Below, in pieces: positions 40,201 to 49,139 of a stretch of 61,075 bases of DNA (position 1 is the first letter of the stretch; every line of letters starts with the position of its first letter). The notes beneath the pieces were generated by a model. It made no database searches, had not been told where the DNA came from, and saw only the letters and a program-made list of their open reading frames with translations. Origin of the DNA: a virus (lineage: Duplodnaviria; Caudoviricetes); the IMG/VR virus record IMGVR_UViG_3300010354_000093, positions 1 through 61,075 of that record. One strand, given 5' to 3'. The position numbers and the translations under genes are program-made.

Positions 40201-43200
40201 AATTATCACTATCAAGGCTGTAAAAATCAGTAAACTGTTCTGCTTTATAAGTCCAGTTTGGAAGTAATTGCGGAGTTGGTTTTTCTGATAACTTAATCCA
40301 GCTAGTTGGATTAAAATCAAGTGTGCCTTTTAGAGACGATGCAGCACTATAATAAAATTCTTTATATTTGGCAATGTCACCTAAGTTATAATCTGTCCAT
40401 GGTGTCCAGTCATTAATTGTCGCTTCGTCGTAAATAAAACCAGGAACATTAAACCCGCCGTTCCACTCAGAGCTTACATACCCAGAAACTTTAATTCTTT
40501 CTTGTCGATAACCACTTTCAAGATTATAAATTGTATCACCAAACATTGTTTGGTTGTTTAGTAAAACAATTTGCTCTTTTTGTACAAGATAAAAAACTGC
40601 TCCATAAATTCCGTCTTCGCTGCTTGGAGAATATGTCACAGCATTATCTTCTCGATAAGTTGAAAGGAATGAATCAACGATAGGCGACCCGTCAACTTTG
40701 TATATTTCATATCCGTTAAACTGACTTCTTATATCTTCTACTACACAATAAGGAGTTGAGAAAGTTAAAGATGTTGCAGACGGGCTAAGACTTATTACAC
40801 TACTACCAACTGTGCTTAAACCATCTAATTTAACAAAATCTTCTTCGTTAAAAATTGAAGATGCAAAAACCTTATACTTTGCTTGATAATAATCGCCGTT
40901 GTATTTTACAATCTCTTGATATTCAATATCTTGATCATCGCTCCAGTCTTTCCACTTATCTTGTCCTGAATTCCAATTTTGTGTTGTCCAGAATAAAAAC
41001 TCTTTTGCACTAGTTTGCCAGTTAGTTATAGTTCTTAAATTATTATTAAAGTCATCAAAAATAAAACCCTGATCTTTTAACCATTCACCATAGCCAACTA
41101 TAAAGTCATATGTGTCTTGAATTGTATCAAATTTAGTTCCGTACGGAACAATAATAGATTCTGTCCTATCCCATCGAATTCGTGTTGTTGCTTCTTTACC
41201 ACCTACAACTGGCAAAGAACCTAATGCTTGATAAAAATCTGAATTGAATTCCCCTTCGGCAGTATGATTTACCTTGACTCGATAAAATCTATTCTGATAA
41301 TTAACAACTTTGCCTGCAACATATGTCGATCCGGCTGTCCAAAAAGTGTAGCCTTCCGAAATTCCCCCAACATTAATGGTTGGGCCAGATTGTGTATAAG
41401 GATAATAGTAAAAATACGGTTGAGTTTTACTATATCCCTTAACTTCGTATCCGGTAGGCAATTTTGTAATTATTATACCGCTATAGACAATCTTTTTAAT
41501 TGGGCTGGAAGTATTTAAAATTATATTATAATCTTCTTGAGGTATAAAAACTCCTCCAGAGCTTAAAGGATTTTTACTATCTAAAATAAAATTAAATTTT
41601 TCTTTGCTAGTAAATCCGCCAAGACGTAAACTAATTTGTGCAGAAATATTTTTTAAATCGTATGTATACTGATCATAGGATCTTAGATAATCGCTTAAGA
41701 TATAATCAACAACATAGTTAATTAAACCAGATGTGTATACTCTTTTAGGACTTGAATAGATACTAGGGAGTACTAAATCACTTGGCGTAATTCTTAATTC
41801 TGTTTCTGTATATATTAACTGCCCAGCAATGTTTCTCTTAATTCTCGAACGATCGAGTAATGTTCCAAAAGACATCGCAGGATTTATTAAAATAGCAGTA
41901 ATTATAAAACTAAACGGATAATGACTACTTCTCCGCCAAGCGGCTTCTACTGGACTAACATCTCCGAATACAAAATCGCCGACAGTTGCTCTTGAAATTG
42001 TGCCTTCGACAATCTCTGTAGTATACGGACTTCTTAATTGGCCATACTGATCTACTGGTATATGATCTAGCAAGTAAGGTCTGACATATTGTTCAAGAAC
42101 TAATGATGGAGCATTTGGATCTCTTACCAAACCGGCCGCGAGATCTTCCCATAACACTAAATTATCGCTTGTATACGGCGCTGGGCCATATACAGTTTCC
42201 CACCATTCTGGTTGTAGAGTAAACCCTAACATTTCCCACGGGCATAGGTGGGGGCGGTCTGTACCTAGCATCCAACGGTATATGCCTCTCCAGTACCCTG
42301 GAACATTTCTTCCATCTAACGATACATAGTCGCCATAGTTCCAAGTAAAAGAATTGTCTTCGTCAAAGCTCAAGGGTTTTGAAAAATCTCTATTAACAAA
42401 CGATGTCCATTTAAAAAATTGAGGTGCAAAAATTTTATTAAATTCGTCTAACCCAATGCTTGAATTTTGATTATAAGCTGGCTCAATTTCTGTTACATCA
42501 AATAACTCTGGATTATATTTTATTTTAATATTATTAAAAATTCTTTTTTCTAATTCTAAAATAAGCTCGTCTCGATAATCTCCGTAAGCTAATACTTGAC
42601 TTCCGTCGTGGCCTTGTATCATTAGCCTTGGAGTTACTAAACTAGTATCTAGATAAATTTTAGGCTCGTAGGCTGGCCAAATACCTAACTTAGTAGGAGT
42701 AGACGGTATAAAACAACCATCAGTACTATCATACTCGTATATTGATATTTCATCATCGTTGGCCATTTCAGCCTTAATAACAATAAAACGTTGTTCGCTG
42801 TCAAAAGTATAATCTTTTCCGTAAATTAAATGGTTGCCATTTAAATAAACATATACTGCTTTATTTGATAAGGACTCTAGGTCAAACGAAGTTGACACAG
42901 GGTAAGTCTTTATCCTGTAATCAATTACCGGATATGTATTAACTACAGAAGCTGTGTAGCCGACCATGTCACTAAAATAGTAAGGGCCAGTTTTTGCTTT
43001 ATCTTTATTGATATGATTTAAAATTGCATTGACGTGCCCAACATAATCTGTGAGATTAGGATAATCTAACACCTCAATTACATTAATAAAATTGCGTTTA
43101 AATATTCCGTAGTCATCTCGAGATTTTTCAATACCTCGAATAATATTACTTGACTGGCTTGTAATGTGATATAAACTTAAACTTAACGGGCCTGCGTGTT

Positions 43201-45610
43201 GAACAAATTTTGTTCCGTACGGAGACACATTTCCTAAATCTCGAATATTGCTGGATCCTGGAAAAATTCCTTCAAAATTTTGAATATTATCTACAATCGA
43301 TCCAACATGGTCTATGACTTCTCCTAGGGTAAAGTCATTCATTGTTCCATTCAAAGGATTATTTTGTAAATTTATAGGAATTTCATAATGTCCGTTATTA
43401 TTAATTTCTTGCTTGGCAAATGCTCTGATAGTTAATATATCTGAGTCTTTAATATCCGATGTTAAAACAATTTTTTTATAATCTGGTGCATCAACAATAG
43501 ACCATTGACTAGGATCTAAACGAATTTTGTTTACATAAATTTTTACTACAAGATCATCGAGATTATTAACATCATCAAATATATCTAATTTGAAATTATT
43601 AACAAGACCAGAATCTTTATAAATTCTAACTGCGGCTTGGGTAGTTGTTAGTACCGATTTTTCCCAACCATTTAAATATACTTTCTCGCCTGTTAACGGT
43701 TTTGATTTAATCAAAAATCCTACATCACATTTTTTTTCAAATACAGATGCTAATTTTTTATACTGAAACGAATCTGTTAAAATATTAAAATTAAAAACAA
43801 TATCACCAACATTATTAATATTTTTATAAGAAAGTGCAAAACCAAGATTCGTATCAACAGTTCCAGTTCCTGTTTTATAAGAAAAAAGTTTAGTACCCTG
43901 AAAAGTTGTTCCTTCATATATGGACTCATTTGCAAAACTATTATAGTCTGCATCTACTAAATCAAATAGCGGAGGCTGATTTACAGAAATCTTTTGCTGG
44001 CTTTCTACCCATGTTGTACCGTTAAACCAAAATGTGACTCCGCCGTTGGCATTGCCATACTTGATAATAACAGTATCGTCAATTTCAGGTTCGTCTTCTA
44101 ATACAAGGTGTATTTGTCTGCTGCCGTCATTCAGATGAAGTACATCTAAAAAATCAACTCTAAAAATTTTATTTTTAACTAATACATCTGTATCGGCAGT
44201 AAACAAAATTCGCTGACCTTGAGACAAACTTACACCATCGATGTTATATCCAAAACTTCCTTCTATTGTTGAAAACACATCTTTAGTAAAGGTATCAATT
44301 AAATCAACATCAGGAATTGCACGAGTTCCAAAATTATACAATCTTAACCCTGCTTCAAATTCAATAATCGGTCTGACTGCCCTTTGATTTTGATTTAAAC
44401 TAGGAATTTTTCCGTTTATTTCGGCACTGGCATTGATAACATCTTTATGAACCCATCGATTATACCTACTCCAGGGATTCCTGTCTCGACTGGATCTATT
44501 TACAACATGATAATCAACTGAACTAGCCAACGATGTAGCATCGCTAAATGGCATTTCGTCAAATGGGGTTGTATCAAAAAGTACTGCTTCAGATGTTGTA
44601 TAAGCACTAATAAGCTCTAAATCATTTTTATTAATTAAAATAATCTCGCTTCCTACACCTTCGACATAAAACTGGCCGGTTGCATATTTTTCTGGTTCTA
44701 CTTTTCCAGTAAATGATACCAACATTCCGTTACTTAATTTTGTTCCTGATGGTAAAGTATATGTTTGTTTTCCGATAATTTCGTCATCAACATTGATATA
44801 AGTGTTATCTTCGATTGATAAAATATGTATTACTCCCCCAACATCAACGTTTGCTTCACTAACATAATATAATACATCAGGAGAATTGTAAGGAATAGTA
44901 ATAGTTAATGTACCATTTTCAATTGCAAATTGATCAAAGTCTATTGTCTGGTAACGGTCTTGAGCTCCAGCAGTTCTCAATGTTTTAATACTGAATGGTT
45001 GCCCAGGACAATTAATTTCAAAATTATAAGTTTGTCCTCTTAATAACGTTATTGTTGGGTTTCGCTCTAGGCCATTAGGAGTGAACAAATAGGTATAAGT
45101 GTTTAACTGATTTTCTAATGTTACATTATACGTACTATTAATTTCTAACTGCTGCCCAGCAATTTTAACTACATCAGGACCATTGGGTAGCCAATAATAA
45201 TTTTGAAAGTTTACAAATTTATCCCAGTCAATATGAGGATTCCACGAATAAAATTCTTCATTGTTAACTCGACTATGGTTTGAAATGTTTGCGCCAAATA
45301 CATTTAATTGATTAATATAATCTTGGTAGTCTTTAAAAAAGGTAGTATTATCTAGTTTATCTTTAATTGTAAAACCAGGCTCAAGCTGATAATTCTGCCT
45401 ATCGTTACTTACAGCAGAAATAAAAATGTCGTCACCAACAGTAGCTTTACTATTTTGTCTTCCAACAAAACCATTTACTTTTTTAACAGTTCCTGGTGTA
45501 ACTAGTTGATCAATTGTTGCTTGTAAAAACTTTTTATTTGGGTCTGATCTAAAGATTTTTGGAAGAAAATTGTAACTAGTAGTTGATTTAGAATTAACGT
45601 TATCAGCCAT
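31256..45610 (-). CDS. giant (4784 aa) multidomain baseplate/tail structural protein
   Basis: Uninterrupted 14.4-kb ORF directly downstream of the gp6-like gene (gp7 position); FG-GAP-like repeats and several W....Y..G..V.Y....Y CBM5/12-like motifs. Confidence 0.75.
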   Translation of the reverse strand: MADNVNSKSTTSYNFLPKIFRSDPNKKFLQATIDQLVTPGTVKKVNGFVGRQNSKATVGDDIFISAVSNDRQNYQLEPGFTIKDKLDNTTFFKDYQDYINQLNVFGANISNHSRVNNEEFYSWNPHIDWDKFVNFQNYYWLPNGPDVVKIAGQQLEINSTYNVTLENQLNTYTYLFTPNGLERNPTITLLRGQTYNFEINCPGQPFSIKTLRTAGAQDRYQTIDFDQFAIENGTLTITIPYNSPDVLYYVSEANVDVGGVIHILSIEDNTYINVDDEIIGKQTYTLPSGTKLSNGMLVSFTGKVEPEKYATGQFYVEGVGSEIILINKNDLELISAYTTSEAVLFDTTPFDEMPFSDATSLASSVDYHVVNRSSRDRNPWSRYNRWVHKDVINASAEINGKIPSLNQNQRAVRPIIEFEAGLRLYNFGTRAIPDVDLIDTFTKDVFSTIEGSFGYNIDGVSLSQGQRILFTADTDVLVKNKIFRVDFLDVLHLNDGSRQIHLVLEDEPEIDDTVIIKYGNANGGVTFWFNGTTWVESQQKISVNQPPLFDLVDADYNSFANESIYEGTTFQGTKLFSYKTGTGTVDTNLGFALSYKNINNVGDIVFNFNILTDSFQYKKLASVFEKKCDVGFLIKSKPLTGEKVYLNGWEKSVLTTTQAAVRIYKDSGLVNNFKLDIFDDVNNLDDLVVKIYVNKIRLDPSQWSIVDAPDYKKIVLTSDIKDSDILTIRAFAKQEINNNGHYEIPINLQNNPLNGTMNDFTLGEVIDHVGSIVDNIQNFEGIFPGSSNIRDLGNVSPYGTKFVQHAGPLSLSLYHITSQSSNIIRGIEKSRDDYGIFKRNFINVIEVLDYPNLTDYVGHVNAILNHINKDKAKTGPYYFSDMVGYTASVVNTYPVIDYRIKTYPVSTSFDLESLSNKAVYVYLNGNHLIYGKDYTFDSEQRFIVIKAEMANDDEISIYEYDSTDGCFIPSTPTKLGIWPAYEPKIYLDTSLVTPRLMIQGHDGSQVLAYGDYRDELILELEKRIFNNIKIKYNPELFDVTEIEPAYNQNSSIGLDEFNKIFAPQFFKWTSFVNRDFSKPLSFDEDNSFTWNYGDYVSLDGRNVPGYWRGIYRWMLGTDRPHLCPWEMLGFTLQPEWWETVYGPAPYTSDNLVLWEDLAAGLVRDPNAPSLVLEQYVRPYLLDHIPVDQYGQLRSPYTTEIVEGTISRATVGDFVFGDVSPVEAAWRRSSHYPFSFIITAILINPAMSFGTLLDRSRIKRNIAGQLIYTETELRITPSDLVLPSIYSSPKRVYTSGLINYVVDYILSDYLRSYDQYTYDLKNISAQISLRLGGFTSKEKFNFILDSKNPLSSGGVFIPQEDYNIILNTSSPIKKIVYSGIIITKLPTGYEVKGYSKTQPYFYYYPYTQSGPTINVGGISEGYTFWTAGSTYVAGKVVNYQNRFYRVKVNHTAEGEFNSDFYQALGSLPVVGGKEATTRIRWDRTESIIVPYGTKFDTIQDTYDFIVGYGEWLKDQGFIFDDFNNNLRTITNWQTSAKEFLFWTTQNWNSGQDKWKDWSDDQDIEYQEIVKYNGDYYQAKYKVFASSIFNEEDFVKLDGLSTVGSSVISLSPSATSLTFSTPYCVVEDIRSQFNGYEIYKVDGSPIVDSFLSTYREDNAVTYSPSSEDGIYGAVFYLVQKEQIVLLNNQTMFGDTIYNLESGYRQERIKVSGYVSSEWNGGFNVPGFIYDEATINDWTPWTDYNLGDIAKYKEFYYSAASSLKGTLDFNPTSWIKLSEKPTPQLLPNWTYKAEQFTDFYSLDSDNFDSGQQKVAQHLIGYQKRQYLSNIIQDDVSEFKFYQGMIADKGSVNSLDKLFDVFGASGKENLDFYEEWAVRVGQYGANAAFENIEFLLDESLFKNNPQGFELVKTVDRNLNDFIVRQIESDIYLKPLGYNSNPWPLKTSQKNYLRSAGFVRQDEVKTVLTSLDKILLENIDEYNNGSYVWVGFEGISWNVYRYTPTDIKIVNATYSNSVLTLETDSVVTLEPDSYIGIETVGFKGFYKISSVSVEKIIINTTIAGWTPFQAGTTVPVFALKPQLSESIDLVDSVLSNNRVNGELLWTKDKGDGKWGTWKYNPVFAGDTIPPNPLEDDALFGRLVVMNLDGNVAFVSDTSGQPSIYSKPVPGVPWTKVQIFLRPVVANDILGVNPNQDSWFAESAAFSPDGYWLAVGHPRAGLAATKFKGTYNPASSYVVGDLVTDGTKIYEAIVSFSGSHPPATSPTYWSENNLIETVNGATNTGPLQQGAVSVYFKNSIGLYSHLTTFVSPVQSINELFGYKVAFGDNTLFVSTADNSSKVYKLIYDSRVQTSALYNPVGSTGATIKVSTTDGVKEGMTVVGTGFTQGQQVITVVNSTTLVLSAPPDGDPFGRLNFVLTSWAYDNLTGFTAGAIGNQFGDSVVVSKDSSTLVVSAPAITSGGNGSVYVYKQNNSGVYTLAQTISGTDTRFGQSIAITDSATYIAISSTVYDGDKVDQGKVVVYERNQAGNYILDNSLGQTITSLNSEQGEMFGSKIFFMNNDKTLVIYSASADSRVGWDINDGTTFDDSLTTFYLEKNVDSGRIDIFDRYNKKWIFGESLATDTDILEGYGTSITVGGNYVLVGAPYAVVNGKTSGKLYSYIKKQGHYSWTLNHYEIDKVDLSKIKSVFLYNKRTNKFITYLDVIDSSQGKIPGISDQEIRYKTYFDPAIYATPISETPNSSVKIDDGLAWGSSQVGTLWWDLRTTKFIDSNDNETVYRNSTWNTLFPGSTVDIYEWVESKYKPADWNAKADTEEGLASGISGQTLYGNNTYSYSKRWDSVAKSYKYTYYYWVKNKKTTPNVVGRYISAQDVSSLIGNPRGQAYKYLALTSSNSFSLVNVGNLLADRDVVLSVEYWVSDPPNKNIHSQWRLVSTNSDTVIPKIIEQKWIDSLCGKDEQGRVVPDPALPPKLLYGIENRPRQGMFINRLEALKQYIEYVNRVLITTQVVGQRDFSLLESYEKEPSVNTGLYDVVLDTDLELRFANVGSFVLPTLVPIIENGSIVGASVVDAGRGYVIAPVIDVVGSGFGASIKALINAKGQITGIKIISPGYGYDTNTVFSVRSYAALVHTDTSATGTWSIYSYDSVNKVWSRIRSQSFDTRKYWDYVDWYATGYSDYTAINFAVDTFSDLNSIYPAIGQTVKVRTSSSGTWFLLEKYSDVESIDWTQIYKVVGQENGTIQLSSSLYLFQNTDYGFDGALYDNATFDNSATTELRNILTALKNNILIDTLEYAYLGSFFNTVRYVLNEQTYVDWIFKTSFVKANHNVGELHQPVNYKNDNLSDFESYVSEVKPYRTKIREYISTYNKVDPAQLLVTDFDLQPAYQNGKVSVVNASVQNNQITSTSTVIDNYPWKNWLDNASYKVVSIQIVDNGALYYSPPVVRFISSSGSGATARAFIANGKVNRIVLLDSGSGYLSAPQVVLEGGVEQGGTQATAVAIIGGGVTRSQTIRMKFDRITQSYFITQLEETETFSGTGSRLQFPLKWGPDVRVNKSTVTVNGVEELRDNYKLVIIKSVSKGYTSYSGSIIFEKAPARNATIIVTYTKDWSLLNAADRVQFYYNPTSGQIGKDLSQLMSGIDYGGVVLDGLDFDVGQGWDNVPYFTERWDSADPTFDDFIVTTGSGDHEWTLNYVPPAGTEINVYHIKLEINDLQSDGINLEYPYNTNMVSPKVRIKRYVNSGGVVANYVSAGSFGTTLKVSNTTGIVPGMLVVGTEFTTQTVVTVSNSTTLILSAAPSLPPANGTALKFTLNKPGVDILTVASTTGLAIGDIVTTTVNGVLGLNTSVTQIISSTQVRLNQILYGSIDPASSLTFTRNLVKNVDFALTGFDIAVLTVPAPDQSWVEVYSLLEPVRLDDPDYNTPGQTNTNAIMETIVSTGISSDPTIPAYDIAIPLTYTINDGDQIIIRKNTSDGSIKPEESDYDTALSGGNFAYSTATGLLPEDIIVDGDGFVTPTTSPAPEEVVPGQLFDTVSIKVFDKPYSASATMRVDNFVANGVTEEFILSQRPNTKQAIIVKVISNSVHSVKTSEVDYTFDYENNLITFVTAPAAKSIVSVYSFGFNGGNILDIDYFIGNGTTEEFITKAPWLDQMSYLIYLNGEPCNGQIFKTDETYDSPNRVGIRFGAAPLSGSIITYSIVAGNQQTFAVTKTEKVATNGSLTYNLSNIIGDSLPIESNILVRANQTFLTGPTNQYFTIKANKYNYSLDPVTLPPYSIDITDLKIYADGTLLTLGNDYIIDLSVINIKITPSIAAQYKGKKLIVNVLQNAEYVYTPPQGATPAQITFAQAYSNLDTVEIISSYKHDILDIERTVLTVDASVSVTPDTTEYYSYVGVTGGYITLRNPVIDENYVWVIQAGKLLVPSVDYVVKEDKITVKLTDYVPLNQEVNVITFGSNVLSPGIAYMQFKDMLNRDHFKRLSLYKQTKLTAPLKYNDVSIEVEDASNFDAPNPSANKPGIVEIRGERIEYFQKNGNVLSQLRRGTLGTGTPNVHPVNSFVQDIGPSETIPYVNEQIIQKLISDGTNTVNLNFVPGNFDTSYTYQGSSMTAEDAITLAKDSIEVFVGGYNVGANWTSGVAYSIGNIVTVGSYTYRCVTNHTSTDNFINDSANWEFFIGNLRLRKSDYTVYNVNQAPDSPEGDIDFDAEFTVDGNTNVLTLKTPLDYGINITVVRKKGIIWDSTVNLLYDNNSVATFLKAVPGIWYQESNKYQSAESVSTFDSSAGSFDSNDITFDQG

Positions 45611-48600
45611 TAGATGCTCCGTATGTTGCGCTTGTTATAGTTTGTTGAGATTCGACAGTGGATTCGATTAGTGTTCCAGATACCGATTTAATGTTACTTG
45701 TAGTTATTCCCGCAATGATTTCAATGTCATCAACAGTTGCACCGTTAACAAACAACTCATCGCTCTCAGATTTTATTTCAAACAAACTTCCAAAATTTAA
45801 ACCTGCTTGCTTAGGAACAATGACAAAATTTACAATGTCAGGACTTAATTGTCCAAGTACATAAGTTGATAGCTCCGTAAAGTAAAATGTTTCTCCAAAA
45901 TCCCAATTTTCTAAAGCAAAAAATTGATTCATTGCAACTAAAATTCTAGACTTGATATCATTATCACTTAATGACTGATCGCGATTTTTTACAACTTTAA
46001 AAGTTGCTTGTAATGCCGGGCTAGACGAGGATCCAAACAAAATTTTATATCTTATTGGATGGTATATAATTTCGTCAGACATAGTTTTAATCGGATTAAG
46101 AGTTGTACTAACTAAATCATATAATTCATTAGAGCTTGGTGGCAACGGTTTAGTAATATTTGCTCCGTTTAGCCATTTTCTAAAATTAGTATCGTAACTT
46201 TTAGTCAAGACATAAACATCAATAATATTACTTGCACCCGGGTCAATTCTAGACTCATAGTCTGCACTATGAATATACTGGAATTTAAGACTGTCTCTTC
46301 CAATAAACACTTTGTAATCAAGACTCACATCAAGTTTCCCTGATGTTTTGTTAAGTTGTTTAACAATTTTAGTATCTACAAAATAAAAATATTGTTTATC
46401 GTTATACAAAGAGTAAGAAATTAAGGAAGCCTCTGAAGGTAAAATAATAACCTTTTCATCACTGTTTGTTACATATTTGTAATCTTCTTGGCCTACTGAG
46501 ATAAGATATTTTTGCTGAATGATATATTTTTTCTGTAGAACTATTTGATTAGTTTCAGTAAGTTCTGGAGGGTTGACAATGTTTGTAAAGAGATCTGGAT
46601 CGTCAACTGATCCGTTATCGTCTATATCGGCAAAAGATACAATAATTTTCTTATTGTCTATATACCCATCAAGTCCAACAAAATCAGACACAATGTCCCA
46701 TTCGAGATCTCGTGTAAACGGAATAGTTAAATCAGGAACTGTATTAATACTTAAAAAATTAATACTATCTTTTACCACTTTTCCAGAACGACTGTCATAT
46801 ATTTTCTTCGATGCATCATAATAGAAACGCAACTGAGAATCACTTTCTACTATGTAGCGTTTTAGTCGAGTTGTAACAGTATAAAATTCATTGTCTGTGG
46901 TAAACAATAGTAGCCAACTGGAGTCAAGTTGTTGGTTTGAAATATCGCCTTGATTTCCTAAACTGAAATTTGAAACTGTATTCAAATTTGCTTCAAAAAC
47001 AACCTGCCATACTTGGGTACTGGAATTATATCGTAGACCAAATGGTTTATTAGCAAAGATTAAATCTATCATTGTAGTAATAGCATTACTATCAATAACT
47101 GTTCGCCATCTAGGTAAAATATTTGAAATTACAGAATTTAACGGGATAGTTTTGTTTAACGCAATGGGGCCAAAACCACTGGATAATACCCCCTTGTTGG
47201 TTGCCGTTCCGTCATCATAAACAGAAACAACCTCAGCCCAAATGTACGATGTAGTTCCTGGACCATTGATCGAAGTTAGATTATTTGAATCATTTGTGTC
47301 AAAATAATATTGTGTGCCGCCAATGCTCGGAGCTAAAAATTTTACCAGCGCACCAACTGTTAAGTATCTTAAATCTGTAACAGTATAAGACCCAACTTTA
47401 TAAAATTGTAAAGTATCGCGAATTGCACCTGTTGAATAACCTTGTTCTGAAGTTGCTGGTGCCCAATAAACATTAAGACTAGATGCTAATTTTATAGGAT
47501 AATTTGCGTAATAAAAATTTCTTAAATTTTCTGATTTAAGAATATCAAAAATATTATTATAAATTATTCCTTCTATATCAGTTTTGTTAGCATAAGAAAA
47601 TCGAATTTGATCTGTGTAATCTTCTGTATACACAACACCGTCTGTGGCAAAAATATTAGTAGAACTATACTTTCCTGTTGGATCAACTAAATCAAAATAG
47701 CGACTGATTCCGCTACTTGAACGATTAAGTGCTTTAATTTTTGCTATTTCTGTACTTGCAGATAATGGACTTATATTATAGTCCTCGGCAGTTACCATCC
47801 TGTTTTGTGTGTAGTAGTACTGAGGAGCATTTGTTTTAATCGAATCGTTAGACTCTGTTGCCAATGCATTTGAAACTGACCCTGTTAATGATAAAATAAG
47901 AGTCAACGATTCAATTTGATTGCTAGCAGAATAATAAGGAATTGTTAGTGAAACGTTTCTAATATCTTTAGGATTGATTGTATAAGTTAATCCATTACTA
48001 ACTCGGTAGTAAGTTCTGAAGGTACCTAATGGTAAATTTCCAAAAACACCATCGCCGAATCCCAATGCAACTCGGTCGCCGGCCCGTGTAGTAACTGTAT
48101 AGATATTTCTAATATTTTTATTCAAACTATTGTAGATAATATTGTTACCTTCAAAGTTTGAGACCTGAGTCCATTCTTCAGATTCAATATTATTTTTATC
48201 TAATCTATAAAGCCAAACATCGGTGTTATTAATATTTACAGAATCAATATCTATACTGTCATTACTGCTTGGTTGAGTAATCGTAAACGTTCCTTGATTT
48301 AGTGTTCCTTGTGTAAAATTTAAGAAAAATCCAGAGTTTGCTGAACCTAAGCCACGGCCATCATCTCTGTAAATAAAAGCCAAACTATTGGCAACCTTAG
48401 GAGTTTCTTCGTATATAAAAGTTTTATTATTAAATGTAGTACTTGTAACTTCGAAACTCATCGAGTTTCCGTCAATAACTTTTGTAAATCCGTAAACAGG
48501 AACGTCTGCATTTGCACTCTGGAATCTATATTGTTCTGTTGGGATTCCATAAATTGTTGCTTTATCGATAGGGTTGCCAAATTGTTGTGTATTTGGAACT

Positions 48601-49088
48601 GCTGCATTTATTATTTTAATAAACTGATCATACCAATTAGGATTCGACGGATCGTTCCAGTTAATAATCTGTCCTGCTAAATTTCTACCGTTACTATCGA
48701 TAACAGTTTGTGTTGTCTGCACAGATTGAAATTTCAAAAGTCCTTTAGCAGCAGTGGTACGTTTAGAATTATATGAAATCATCCTTGCTAAACGTAAAAC
48801 ACTCTCTCGGCGTTCGGCTAATTCTAAGAAATTTTCTCGAGCATTTAAGTCAACACGGAAAGCTATGCTTTGACCCAAGAACGCAATAAGATCTATTAGG
48901 GCAAGGTATTCGCTAGACTCGATATAATCGTTAAAATCTTCAGGGTAATTTTGTCGGATATAACTAATCATGGTACGACGCAGATTTTCAAAGTCATAGC
49001 TTTTAAAGTCTGCGTTGCGGAACGATTGGTAGATTTTCTTCCAATCCTCTGCTACAAGTAATCGATTTTGTCTATCAGTTGCACTCAT
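45603..49088 (-). CDS. baseplate wedge subunit (T4 gp6-like)
   Basis: YDFENLR..MI.Y.....PEDFNDYIESS, RENFLELAERRESVLRLARMISY, FGDGVFG.LP, ESNDSIK.NAP..Y.TQNRMVTAEDY. Confidence 0.85.
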   Translation of the reverse strand: MSATDRQNRLLVAEDWKKIYQSFRNADFKSYDFENLRRTMISYIRQNYPEDFNDYIESSEYLALIDLIAFLGQSIAFRVDLNARENFLELAERRESVLRLARMISYNSKRTTAAKGLLKFQSVQTTQTVIDSNGRNLAGQIINWNDPSNPNWYDQFIKIINAAVPNTQQFGNPIDKATIYGIPTEQYRFQSANADVPVYGFTKVIDGNSMSFEVTSTTFNNKTFIYEETPKVANSLAFIYRDDGRGLGSANSGFFLNFTQGTLNQGTFTITQPSSNDSIDIDSVNINNTDVWLYRLDKNNIESEEWTQVSNFEGNNIIYNSLNKNIRNIYTVTTRAGDRVALGFGDGVFGNLPLGTFRTYYRVSNGLTYTINPKDIRNVSLTIPYYSASNQIESLTLILSLTGSVSNALATESNDSIKTNAPQYYYTQNRMVTAEDYNISPLSASTEIAKIKALNRSSSGISRYFDLVDPTGKYSSTNIFATDGVVYTEDYTDQIRFSYANKTDIEGIIYNNIFDILKSENLRNFYYANYPIKLASSLNVYWAPATSEQGYSTGAIRDTLQFYKVGSYTVTDLRYLTVGALVKFLAPSIGGTQYYFDTNDSNNLTSINGPGTTSYIWAEVVSVYDDGTATNKGVLSSGFGPIALNKTIPLNSVISNILPRWRTVIDSNAITTMIDLIFANKPFGLRYNSSTQVWQVVFEANLNTVSNFSLGNQGDISNQQLDSSWLLLFTTDNEFYTVTTRLKRYIVESDSQLRFYYDASKKIYDSRSGKVVKDSINFLSINTVPDLTIPFTRDLEWDIVSDFVGLDGYIDNKKIIVSFADIDDNGSVDDPDLFTNIVNPPELTETNQIVLQKKYIIQQKYLISVGQEDYKYVTNSDEKVIILPSEASLISYSLYNDKQYFYFVDTKIVKQLNKTSGKLDVSLDYKVFIGRDSLKFQYIHSADYESRIDPGASNIIDVYVLTKSYDTNFRKWLNGANITKPLPPSSNELYDLVSTTLNPIKTMSDEIIYHPIRYKILFGSSSSPALQATFKVVKNRDQSLSDNDIKSRILVAMNQFFALENWDFGETFYFTELSTYVLGQLSPDIVNFVIVPKQAGLNFGSLFEIKSESDELFVNGATVDDIEIIAGITTSNIKSVSGTLIESTVESQQTITSATYGASNG

Positions 49089-49106
49089 GATATATCCTAA
49101 TATCTA

Positions 49107-49139
49107 TATTTATTGAATAAAATTATGTGCGTAGTTTAT
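49107..49139 (-). promoter_or_regulatory. bipartite late promoter ATAAACTACGCAC-N12-AATAAATA
   Basis: -10-like element 18 nt upstream of ATG 49088; both elements and the spacing are identical to 54786-54818. Confidence 0.72.
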
